A stretch of 64,000 bases of DNA from Fimbriosthenelais zetlandica. Its lineage: Eukaryota. This document shows, in pieces, positions 14,216-26,300 of this stretch. Both the position numbers and the translations under genes were made by a program. The first letter of the stretch is position 1. Each line of letters begins with the position of its first letter. A model generated the notes under the pieces. It was not told the DNA's origin. It ran no database searches and saw only the letters and a program-made list of their open reading frames with translations. The stretch lies in contig OZ365113.1 in the NCBI GenBank assembly GCA_977030845.1, forward strand, positions 32,860,001 through 32,924,000. The letters are read 5' to 3'.

Positions 14216-15905
14216 ACACGATGACAGATGGTGGCTGACATAGGAGAAGGCATCAAAGTGGACACCACTCTCTCTGATCACATCAGGCAGTGACACTTCT
14301 CTATAAATGGTCCAAAAACCTAACCCTGGTCAGAGATATTCAGCCAAAGCGATAAGAATTAAATTTATTAGTTGCCTTTAAATTTTGTCTATCCCACCGA
14401 CAGGGGAAATGATAAAATATATAATTTACAGAAGTAGACAACAATCCATGGACACCATGCATGTATAACGCCCTTTTTGGCGGAACTAATTTGTCAAATT
14501 ACAGATCTGAGAAGGGAGGTCTCCATTAGCCTAGCTCAATTATTGTCAAAATTATGTAAACTATTCTGACACTATCAGTATTAACAATATCAGAAGGAGA
14601 TTCATGCGGGACAGGTTCATTTTTCACTGAAGAATCCTGACTGTAAATTAGCATTTTCAAAGGGCGAGAAATCCTAATTACGGTTTATTCAATTATATTG
14701 GAACGTTTGCCAAGGAAACGCCCAATGCGTCCCTAAACCTATACGCCTGAAGTATATTAAGAAGGCTATACTAAACATAATGTACTGACTATAGGACTTT
14801 GTAGTGAGTAGTATAGGAAAATTGGGCATTGTTTCAGTCCTATAGCAAGCACACTCATACCAATATATAAATTGAAAGATGCAATGTCAATATCGATAAA
14901 AAAATCTTCCATATTTATGTGGTATCGATGCTATAAAGTTTTACGAGTGCCTTTAGTCACTTGGAGGTGTTATTCATAAGCTTTCCGTGAACACACGTCT
15001 CTCAACTTATAACAGATTGCCAATTTTAGTGGAGGAAGAGCAGCGTAGATCTTATCTATGGAAACAAGACGGGAGATCTATCTAACCCCAGAGGGGGTCC
15101 ATTTTTTCAGAAGTTTGGCGCTGCCAAGTGAACGTTGGAGTCACCAGGGGATTGTGTTTTTATGAATAAAAACCATAATGTAATGTTCCAGTACCACCCC
15201 CTGGACACACAACTATTAACCTCCTATCTACAACTCTCTCACCACAATCCATTATAGTTTTAACACATCCTTTGTTAACAACTTTCATGAGATGCAAATT
15301 GTTGGATTAACCTCTACCTTCATACTTCCTATATATATATATTTTGAATTATTCAGATCAGATCACGCACATATAATGCGATATAAAGTGCGAACTGCAC
15401 ACCTATATTAATTATGGTCTTTTGGGGTATAATTTGCTTCTTGTACACCGCTGGGGGTGTGAAATATGCTTCCATTTGATCTCCATCTCTCGCTAGTCAC
15501 GTGTTGCCCCCACACACTGACCCCTGGCGTGGAATTTGCATAACACAGCGCCGACTGCTGATACCATCGCTGTCTGAGGCGCCAATTTTAGCGCCAGGAG
15601 GAAATGCGGGTATAAAGGGTTCTGGGGCAGTTTAACATGAGAAAGTAAAATCAGATGACCGTTTGTGCCACTCTAGCACTCCATATCTCAAATAATACTA
15701 GTGTCATTTTTTTCAAATGCCCTGAAATTCTACTCCTGAACTTAAAGTCAAATGAACTCTAAGCCCTGAACAATAACTGAACATTGGGTGCCATTTTGCC
15801 CCCTTTTCGCCAACATAAATACTTATATACATGTAAGTTTATATATAAGTGCCGTATATATTAGGAATAATGGGAGGTTATATACTAATAGATTATAGGA
15901 CTTAC

Positions 15906-16083
15906 CTGTTCAGGTTTGAGGCCAGGTGGTACCCAGGTGTACTCCTCCAGCGCGCACCCGCTGTCATCGTCGGAGGTGGAGTTCCGCTGGTGACTGGCTA
16001 ACATCTCGTGTGGTAGTTTAGGCGCGTCCTGAGGCGACACATCATGAGCCTCACGTGCGCACTTACAATGTCGACAGATCTTC
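15906..16083 (-). CDS. prickle: prickle coding exon: second half of the Cys-rich N-terminal motif plus start of the PET region
   Basis: Acceptor ttttgttttgcag|G AAG ATC and donor CAG|GTAAGT. 178 nt (phase 2 in, phase 0 out) encoding (x)[79 protein letters not shown] is a Prickle signature; RKIC.HCKC.RE.H matches the PRICKLE3/Testin-type Cys-rich region. Confidence 0.98.
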
Positions 16084-17330
16084 CTGCAAAACAAAAGTAA
16101 AATATCTAGTTTTATAAAGGTTTAATAATCAGCAGGGATATATAATAGTTTTGTGTATAATAAAATAATAATAAAATACAATGTTTTTCTGTTTGTTTTT
16201 TTCTGAATCAATATTCTGCAAAGGGGTTCTACAATGGAGGGCCAGGATTTTTTTAAACCAATTTATTCAACCGTCTAAGGCAAATTAATAGTTCCTGGTT
16301 TCGGTCGTGTCTAGAGCAAGTCAAAAAGAATAGGAGGAACAAAATTAACACATACATGAACAAAAATAAACAAAAAAAAACAACCAAGAATTGCACAATT
16401 AAAGATACACCCAGGATTGATGCCCAAGGCGCTCCTCCTAGATGTAAGATACATGGGTGGCCTTGGTATAGGGCAATAAAGAAGTGTGTCGTATACAAAC
16501 AGTGAAGTGGCAAAGACACCAACCAATCGCTCACCCTGTTATCAAGGTCATCAAGAGGGGCTCAAAATAGGTCAAGTCAGGGTTATACCCAAGTAACTCG
16601 AGAATACATATTGAACAGAGCATGGGTTTGACCAGGCAGCCCTTCCAATGGCGTCAATGGAAAGAAAATGTGAAGGGTTTCTACAGGGCTTTTATAAATT
16701 GAGGGGCAGATAGCAGAATTACGTTTGGTATTTTGCATTAATCTTATGGGATTGAACAACAAAAATAATTAAAGGTTTGACTGTTTTGTCACAAATTTGG
16801 ACAGTCACATTTTGTGGTGAGAACTGATCAAATCTAACAATGGAAAGTCACTATAGTAAACATGTAGGATGGGGGATGGTAAGGGACGCAGTCCCCTGGT
16901 ACCCATCTGTCAGCAGAGACTAAGAAAATGGAGGCTCAAGAACAACACAAGCAAAAATAATGGCTGTTCCCAATGGGTGGCCCCCGGGTGAGCCGCGCTC
17001 AACAGTTCACACTGAATGTTCTCCTGCTCGGGGGAGCAGCTCACTGCCCTGTCACCAAGCATCATCATCAAAACCTTCTTCACATTCAGTGGCCATCCCA
17101 ACACCACCCCAACCCCATTACCAACACCCTCCATTTAACAAGTCCATAGCCCGAGAAACAAGCCGAATCTGCCTGGAACTTCCCTACAATTTGTCACTAT
17201 AGATGTTATTGGAATACCGAATAGAGCTGAATAAGAAAACGTACCACAAACAATTAGACTCATATCAGATCCAGTTCAATATTAATCAGGTCTCAAGGAG
17301 ACGCTCACTTGTGCTCATTCCAACTGAAAA

Positions 17331-17392
17331 AGGTCATACTTTAGGTAGGTCAAGGTCAACAAGGTCACCAAAGAAAGGTCAAAGGTAGGTCA
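17331..17392 (+). promoter_or_regulatory. cluster of six AGGTCA nuclear-receptor half-sites
   Basis: AGGTCA at 17331, 17347, 17353, 17362, 17376 and 17387, all in the same orientation (spacers 10, 0, 3, 8, 5). Includes TCAAGGTCA. The motifs are observed; function is inferred. Confidence 0.4.
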
Positions 17393-20300
17393 GGGAGGAG
17401 AGGAAAGGGGGAGGAATTGTCAATGTGAGTCTTTCCTGTGTGAAAAGAACCTGTGGGAGAATTTAGGAAGGGGGTTCCTGCCCTAGGGATGGCCAGTGGA
17501 GGGTGAAATTAAACCGCTGTGACAAATTTACACAGCGCATCCGGACGAATTTACTTAATCTCTTCATAAATATTCTAGCGCTGGCCGGCAGGTCGAGATC
17601 AATTCAGCCAGACCGAGCGTGGCCTGGACAGTGGACGTCCTGCCTGGCACTTGTCAGGACAAATCCAGGAGAGGGCTAAATGACCGCCACTTCTCCACAG
17701 CCCGCTTGTTTTTATAGGATTCAATGGATCGTGTTGAATGACTGAAAGGTGCACGGGGTTCTCAGGAGAAGAAGGAAGACTGACCCATCATTTGAATACA
17801 AGGACAAGGTGCAATGCCTGGTCATATTGAGAAAACTGGGAAATAAATCGGACAGAAAAATCCCATGAATAACAGGTAGTCCAAGTATTAAAATGCCGAG
17901 CAAAAGCATTTCATGAAAATGAGGAAAAAATGGTTACATGTTAGTGTCAAACGATCTTTCAACATGATAGATGAAGAGATCTTTTTTGAAAAAGTTTTGC
18001 TCAAAAACTGTGTTCAATGCACTAATGGTTCCAACAACTCACAGAAAAGTAGTTTTTAGAATACTCTAACTAGCCCATGTCTTTCCCCAATGAGTACTTG
18101 AGCCTTGTACAACTAAAAGCTCGCATCAACTTGCAGTCAACTGTTGAGGATGAGAAAGAGCACAACATTCCATCTCAGCCTTTCAGCCGGCTGCTTGTGT
18201 TTATGTTAGCTTCATGAATCCCCCAAGCCATCATAGAGCTCCCCATGTAGCCCTTTCATCCATTTCTACATGTTAAACCTGTTAAATAGACATGGCTCTA
18301 TGGCCCATTCACTTTCCTCGCCACCCCTGACACTGGGCCTTTGTTGTTGGTCAGCCCTCCTGGAGATGGGGCTCCAGAGGGTCTGGGGGAGGATGAGAGA
18401 GCTAGATATTGCCCCTTTGCTCCAGGCTGGTGTCTGGAGGAACTGGACCTGTGATGTTGGTGGACAGGATAAGTGGATCATGCGGTCCATGTATGTGCTT
18501 AATAGGCTGGGTATGTGAGAAGTGAGGAGGATGGGGAGGATGGGTGATGTATCTAGATAACATGGTAAAGATGGACCCGAGCCTGGAAGAACCACCAACA
18601 TGGCGTCATCTCTAATTGATTGTATCAATCAATATATATGATTCATATGGCAAAACATCCGATAACAACCTTAATTATATGTGATTGAAGAACCATTTGT
18701 TATCTATTGGCAATAGATATTCAAGAAATATTTTGGCCAATTTTTAAATGAATATTGGCAGAAGGTGCAGACCAATTGACAAGCTCTTCATACATTTATT
18801 TTTCCTATGATAATACCATTATGGGCGGGCTTTACCGCATATTCACTTTGGCATTTTTATCTCAGGTGTTGCTAATGCCTGAAGACAGTTCCTCAAAGAT
18901 TATCGTCAGCTGCCGAAAAGGCTGAATGTCCTTTGATTGAAAGCACACAAACAGACAGCGATTTTATGGATTCCCAGCTGGAGACAGGCGGAGAGAGATA
19001 GCGGCAGGAAAAATGTGTTTTCACTGTTATAATATAGGCGCACATCTACATCAATGTCAATTACACCCAATACAGGCGGGAAAAAATAATATATTTTCCC
19101 AAGATCCAACACAAATAGCCTCGATGGTGAAAAAGCCGGTGGGTTAGGCCACTCGGCCCCCACCCTAATGTGCTATCTCTTACTGGGCAGACAGCAGACG
19201 AAAAACAAATAATTTTTTTACTTTGGTCTGTCGTCATGGAAACCCAGGTGATGGGGTTCATTTGGCGCGAAATCTTACCACCCAAAACTTAACACAAGCC
19301 GACAGAGGGATGATGGAGGAGCGAACTAAACTGTAAGTCTCTACGTCCAGTGCGATCGGGGTAATTTGGCTTGGAACTTGAGAAGGGATTTTGTGAACAA
19401 AAAATTAAATAAATAAATTAAAAAAATAAGAGGAATAACTCCGAATGTGCTTCATATAGATGGGACATGCTTGTTTAGACAGCAGACAACACCTGGTGAA
19501 GGTAGACATGAGGGAGCACGGACCAGACGACAGTCAGCAAACATAGACGACATTTACCTCACCCCCCACGAGTCAGGCTTAATTAAAGTGATACAACACC
19601 ACAACCCACCACAATAATTCCTTACAAATTTAAACCCGATCCATCACCTGCTGCCAGAACCCCAATACCGCAGTTGCAATACAGTTCTCAACTGGTTTAA
19701 TTATTTCTAAATATATTTTTAGTCACGTAAGAGAATGATTGGTCTTTGTCCCAGGAATGGATGGATGGATTGACGTTCTCTTCTGACCTCTCTCAGCATC
19801 TCACAATCAAGACAGTAAATACATGTAGTCAACATATCACTCAAAAATACCCATTTCTCATTCTTTTTCATCGAGAATACGATATGCCGCATAATGCGAT
19901 TCTGACAAGGCAATGCCTAAGTAGAAACATTAATTTCACACTTATGTACTTCGCTAGAGTATTCTCTGTAAGAAGCACATCTGTAAGATCCATCTTCCAT
20001 GGTGAGACCTATACTTGAACACATCTCTGGATGGTCCTAGAATAAGACAGTCTCATCTGTGTTATAAACAACATAAATGACTGACAATGTGTGCTCAAAT
20101 GATCCTCAGATCCCCTCCACACCATCCTTCCTTCACACATGGAAATTGATGATAGACTTGTCTAAGACTTGGATTAAAAAATATTACCCATATTTAACAG
20201 TAAAATTCTATCCTCACCCCAAAGATTCAATTGTTAGATAAAAGTTCCCAGATTCCTCAGGGTCTTGCTCAATGTTCTGGTCTACAAATTCATATTTCAT

Positions 20301-23300
20301 GATATAATAAAAAAATATTTGGGGGGAATGAGAGCTCGTCTATAAGAAGATGAGACCATCAGGTTTTGAGAAGGAATACAAAGTTAGCTGTGATGAATGT
20401 GTTAGCATGCCTTTGTGAGCGCGGGAGATGACTGTAATTCCTCTCTGCTAACATCTGTGCTGCATTCTCCTTATGACTTCTATGCCTCTGATACTCAGAG
20501 GGGAAGAAACAACCTGATTATCGACCCCTGAAATTGGTCAGGATCAATAAAATTCCATCTGGTAGCCCTCAGCCTGGGGGTCAAGAGAAGGGGGAAGACG
20601 GGGGAACAAGTCATAACCTGGAGGACTTCTGTTCTAGTAATCAGTGGGAAAGAAACAATTCGATAAAACTAATTCCCAGGGGAGAGGGAAGAAGGTCCCA
20701 CTCAAGCCTGAAAGGTCAGCCTCACTTCTTTCATCCTATGCTCTGGAATTAGGAACGAATATTGTTTTTGCAGATGAAGCATCTGCTAAAAATAAACTTG
20801 ATATGGAGGGTATGTTATGATGCGATAACCGTATGTACTATAAGTTAATTCAGGCAAAAATGAGAAAATACAAAATTGATAAGATATGAATGATTTTCCA
20901 GGATAAGCCAGTGCAAAACGTACTCATTCCATCAATAAGATATATGACCACAATTAAAACATACTGATCTAAATCAAATGGGAAGAAGATTATTTTTTGG
21001 TGGAAACAACCACCAAAAATGATGATAGATGAGGGTATATTTGTTGTCTGGCTATAATCTGTTGTAATCTATATGGCAGGGTCTGACTGTGGGCTGGGAT
21101 GTGGTGAGGTATCAGGGATATAAGCAGAGCTGCAGGCTAGATGATGGGTGGTCATGGTATAGCTGCAGGTAGCTAGTAATCCCAGCTGGAAGGTGGGATT
21201 AACCAGGAAGGTGTAGGGGATTGTATTAGCACCTGCCAACACCTGGATTCTAGCCACTTAATGCATTAATCAAGGGTTAGGTATAACGGTGGCTATCATT
21301 GAAATATTCATTCCTCATTAAAATGGGAACTTATAATTATAATATTTCATAGCATTGTTTTAATAGATATCGCCTTGGCATAATCCTTGATTGGTTTCTT
21401 CTGCCGGACAGGATATGGATATTCTTTTAACTGCATCTTGAGGTATATTCTTAAGAAATCAAATTTACTGATTTTACTTTCCGATTAGGTGTTCTGAAAT
21501 CATCAAATTAATGGTTAACAATGTGCATGGGCAAGATCACATTCTAAGCCCAAGACCCTTACCAGAACCCTGGGTAAAGTTCTTGAATAAGCAAAAATAA
21601 TTGGGTTGAAAAAAGACTGTTGGTTTCCATTTCCCGGCTGGTTTTGAAGGAGCTGACCAAGATGCAAACAGAGGAAGTGAGTTATATCTTTGTTTATAAC
21701 TCTTGTAGAGCACAGCAAGCACCGCCTAGAAGATCACTTCACTCCGACCTGGCGTTTACTATGTACATAAAGTACCAGCCAGTAAACGCTGGGATTAGAT
21801 AGGGGACAATCTCTCCTTTGAAGACATCCTTCACACATCTTTATTTTTCTTAGCAAAAAAAAACTTTTACTTTCAATAGTACTTCTTGAACATTATTACA
21901 CAAAATTGGTTGCCATATATCTAATCAAGGATGGCCATATTTTAGAGCTTTACTTTTTATATCGAGTGTAGAAATTTGGTTTAAATTAACTCGAATTTAT
22001 GGTTGAGAATTGGATGAGAAAACTAATATGAAGCCATGTCTTTTTTATACCTGGACATGGAATCAAATGGCAACCATTCGCCTGGTTCATATACACACAC
22101 CTAGCCTCGCTTATCTCCCTTAGCGATATGGTTACAAACCATTATCGGGGTCTGGCATTTGGACCATTTTAAAGTAACACAATATTATCAGGAAGCAGTT
22201 CTCAGCTCCTGCTTCTCGGCTAGAGGTAGTATATTCTATGCCAGCTTCTATTCACCTTGGGACTTCCAAACACCTTCCATACCAAAATTATGGAGGTCTA
22301 CACTGGAAACAGTGGGTTGCAGGCTATAAAGGGAATCCAGAATCTATGTGTTCTGTCTGCAGGGCTGGAGGCGGTCACAAGATAACAGGCTCATTTTCCA
22401 TTACTTTCCCGTATAAAAATATTATAACTTCTGGCAGACGAATGCCAAGCATTTTCTTTAATATCCTCTCGGAGTATGATAAATGATTTCACATACTAAG
22501 GGTATGGGAGGTCTCCCAAAAGGGAATCTAAGCAGCCTCAAGCAGAAATGGACAAAGAGATTAATTGGGGTTTTCACCAGGAGGGATATACAACCAGCTG
22601 ATGTATGTTGAAGGCTGGATTGAAGGAGCCAGACCAGCCTTCTTTACATCAAAAGCTGCTCCTCTGGAACTTGTATTTGATTTGTACAGAGGTTCTCTTG
22701 AACATGATGAATGAACTTTCTACTGAAAAAATAATGCCGCTAACACATAGGAGTATTAAAAAGATTCCTTCAGTTCCTCTTTAAAAACCCCCATCAATTC
22801 TGGAGTATATTCTAAATCATGACTATATTCAACTGGATTTTGTGTCGTAGCATCTAGAGACTCCCAAAACGAACTATTTTGTAAACTGATAACTGAAAAC
22901 TGAGCAGACTTGAAGATCAACAAAAAACTATTTGCTCTTCCTGATTGATAGCTCCAACTTGACTTTTTGAACCATTCCTTCTCATAAATTCCTAAAAAGA
23001 AACTTCAATCTAAATCAACTAGCTGACTCATCATTTCCTAATGTAAATGGAACCCTTTTAACAGTATTTGTTAATATCATCAATCTATGCTACTCTGTCA
23101 GTTCTGATAAATTAGTTTAACTCAAAATGAATAAAGAGTTGAAAAGTCGTGTTTAAATTATTAGAAGCACACCACCCAATAGTATTACACATATGATAAC
23201 ATGGGAAGGGCCATGTTCTTTTAAGTTAGCCAACTAAACATTCACAACAGGCGCCCTGCCAGTGAACACCCACATTTTTTCCATCTACATTTTCCCAGCT

Positions 23301-26300
23301 ATTTCTATCCTTATTACCCTAAACTCAAGTTGATTTGCAGACATGGTGTAGACATCTAGTAGGGTTTTATATAACGAAGTTCAAACGAAGCAGAGTCCTA
23401 ACCAATATTTATAGGTTATTTATAGATGACCTATCCAGTTAACTACACTAGAAACTATTTGCTAAATTCGGATATTCCAAGTTCATGACATGACAGTTTT
23501 TCTTAAATCCCAATAAGATTAACCCAGGATTTCACATACCTTCAAATTAAACCATAAACAAGCTTTCAACAGTTTTAAGGACAAGTGAAAATCCCGTCTT
23601 ACAGGCTTAAGGTTCTGAGTTAAGGCACGCAGTGATCACCAGCCATGCCTGAGGCCCAGCCTTTCTGGCAAGGAGAACATTCCATCGACATTGATAATAA
23701 GCAAGCGGAGACTTTCTCTTGACAGGCTTTCCTTCTTATGGGACACGAGGCCAAATCATAACATAAGGCCTGACCGGCTTAGGTAAAAACCATCATGTTC
23801 AGTCCCACTTGGCTGTACAAGTCTGATTTAACAACACAACCCGAGGGACCAACTTGAGATGAAGATAGCTGAAGGCTTCACCCCAGCTGTACACTGTAAT
23901 CGAGGTTTTTCTTGGGGAAATAAATGATAGCACCTCCATTACCATGTCTCCCAAAACCCATTTCAGTGAAAAGTTAAGCCAGAGGGCTGTCATTTTTCTC
24001 TATAATAAGACATTTTACATACAAACTTGACATGGTATGACAGTTCGAAAGTAGGGCATATTTGCCCTTTATTTTCAACTGCCAGATCTCAAGTAGGTCT
24101 AAGTGTTGGGGTTAGAACTTGGGGGGAAAGAAGCTGTGATTTGAGGGTAAAGTTGGAGTTGGAAGGTCTTGGGATATGGGTAGGTAGTAGAGGGTAGGTG
24201 GTTCTCACCTGACCGGGGATGGGAGGAGGGAGCACTCGGGGCACACGTAGTCATCCATCACTGAGCTCCTCTCAAAGTGTTGAGTTGCACTGTGTTATAC
24301 ATAGGCTAGACTTGGCCTCATTGGGACTTCACACAAATGAATTACACTTCTCAAAACAACATTCATTTGCAATCTTATTTCACCTAACAGGAATGCAGGC
24401 CGGGAGTTAAGGTTTCTGGTCTAATTGATGATAGGAAAGAAAACCTTGAATAAATCTATCTTCCCAAAGTGATATACTCAGAACCCGGACATTTTTTGCA
24501 TTTTTCTGTTAAAATAGAGAAATGCATCTTCATGCGAGTTTAAAGCCCAACCAAGATCCAATACAAATGTATTTATATTATAGCACCAGGGGACGTCCCA
24601 GGGCAAGTACTATACTAACATAAAATAGAGCCATAATGACCAATCAAGATCTGGTTGGGATGTAAGCAATTTCATCTCAAGTGGCTTTAGGGAGGCCACT
24701 GAAATAATAAACAGATTATAAGTGATTACAAACTGACTGCAAATTCAGCAATAGCCCATAGCTAGGGGTACTGGAGGAGGAGGAGTGAGAAGTCGGGAGT
24801 CAAGTCTACAGAGATTTATATAGAGAGAGGAGCCTGTGGTCCGTGTGTATGTGATCAACAAACAGGAGCCAGGACAGGGCACGTGGCCTGCAGAGCTCGA
24901 GTAGAAACATATCAAACATTCACTTCATTGCATGTTCCAGTCAGAGTGGCGGCAGTAGAGCAGGCCTGTATGGACTGGCTATATGACTAAACCTTGTCTT
25001 TCTACTTTCTTCTGTTCTCCAAGATGCTCTTCATAAAGGAGTCTTGCACTCAGAAAGATCTGGGATATTTTGAGAGGTCCGAACATCTGCAGGCCATTCA
25101 ACCAGAATCAAGATTTATACCAATAAAACAGACATGTCCCTATCCTTAGAGTAAAATGATTCAAGCCCTATCCCTGTATTCCGCTTCTTGCCTTTCTAAA
25201 AAGAATTCAGAGGAGTCCCATTTTAAAATCCTTCAAATATACGCCCCCAAAAAGTAGAAGAAAGAACTGGAAAAGGCATCAGTTTTCCCATTCGGCTCGC
25301 CCCGGGAGAGAAATGTAAATATGCCATATTGTGAGATGACAGGCCGTGTTTAACTGACATAAGTATGAATAACTTCCTTGCCTGGCACTGCTCTCCCGCT
25401 CACCACCACCACTCTCCCTCTCACCAGCCCTCTCCCACTCCCCGATGTCTCCTCCAGGAACCCAGCCCAAAAAAGGTGTCATAAACTTCCGGTGATCAAA
25501 ATATTTAAGCAACAGCGAAAAAGAGTTTTTGCGTTACGTCTTGTGTTTTGTTTTAGAAATATGCCAAAAAGTTCCAGCAATGACAAATTAGCCATACGTG
25601 ATTCCGGAAAGACAGAAGAAAAACCCATTAGAACAATTTCTCACGCAATGAACTTTCCGAACGTAGAATGAAGTGCCCCGAAAAAGTGCCCAATGGGATG
25701 TGAACATACATTTCATGGGTATAGACAATTAGACCGTCATATTGAAAATAAATCCAAAACTACCATACGTCATGCAAATTAGCTTACAGTGGTGAATTTT
25801 CTCCAAAAAATGGAACTCTGGTGCATATGTTTATGTCATTAAAGAGGCGGGGTGGATGTAGAATAAGCCGTGAAGACTAAGTGAAGATGAAGCCTATATC
25901 CCACGCCTAGAAGTGCTCCTTCCTGCTCGAGCTATAGCAATGAGCTGCTCAGCTGCTCATATGGGGGCTTTTAGCTGTAGATGGGCCTATCTGAGAGAGG
26001 CATCATGTGATAAGGACAGAGGGGTACATCTGTGCTGCTATAGGAGCAGGCTGGTTATCACATTAATCCCTGGGGGTTATCTCATGGATATCCCTGATCC
26101 TCACTAATCCATCCGGACTAGCTCCATACTTACACCTCCATCATTTCCTTCTCACCTGGCTTAAATGATCACATCTTCCTCTCCACTCTCCCATGATGCA
26201 CTCAGATTATATTTTTATTTTTTCTTAGAAAAAAAATGCAAATGTCTTTTACATGTGCTTCAGGACTTTCAACACCTTATAGAATACACCTTGTGTATTG

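Larger units (their letters stand above)
142..15905 (-). other. prickle: prickle intron (15,764 nt, GT-AG, phase 0)
   Basis: Donor CAG|GTAAGT at 15905-15900 and acceptor tttttcag| at 142. Joining gives the continuous conserved sequence ...PPGLKPEQ|VHQY... Confidence 0.93.

Noticed and set aside
21545-21600. ...CCA GGG TTC TG|GTAAGG (PGFW) as a candidate upstream Cys-rich exon
   Set aside because: Lacks the C-x2-C and His residues, and would give W-K rather than W-R-K with no start context.
23621-23641. taaggcacgcagtgatcacca resembles mature miR-124 (first 10 nt identical, about 17/21 overall)
   Set aside because: No complementary 5' arm forming a pre-miRNA hairpin, and miR-124 is nearly invariant across bilaterians, so four mismatches argue for chance.
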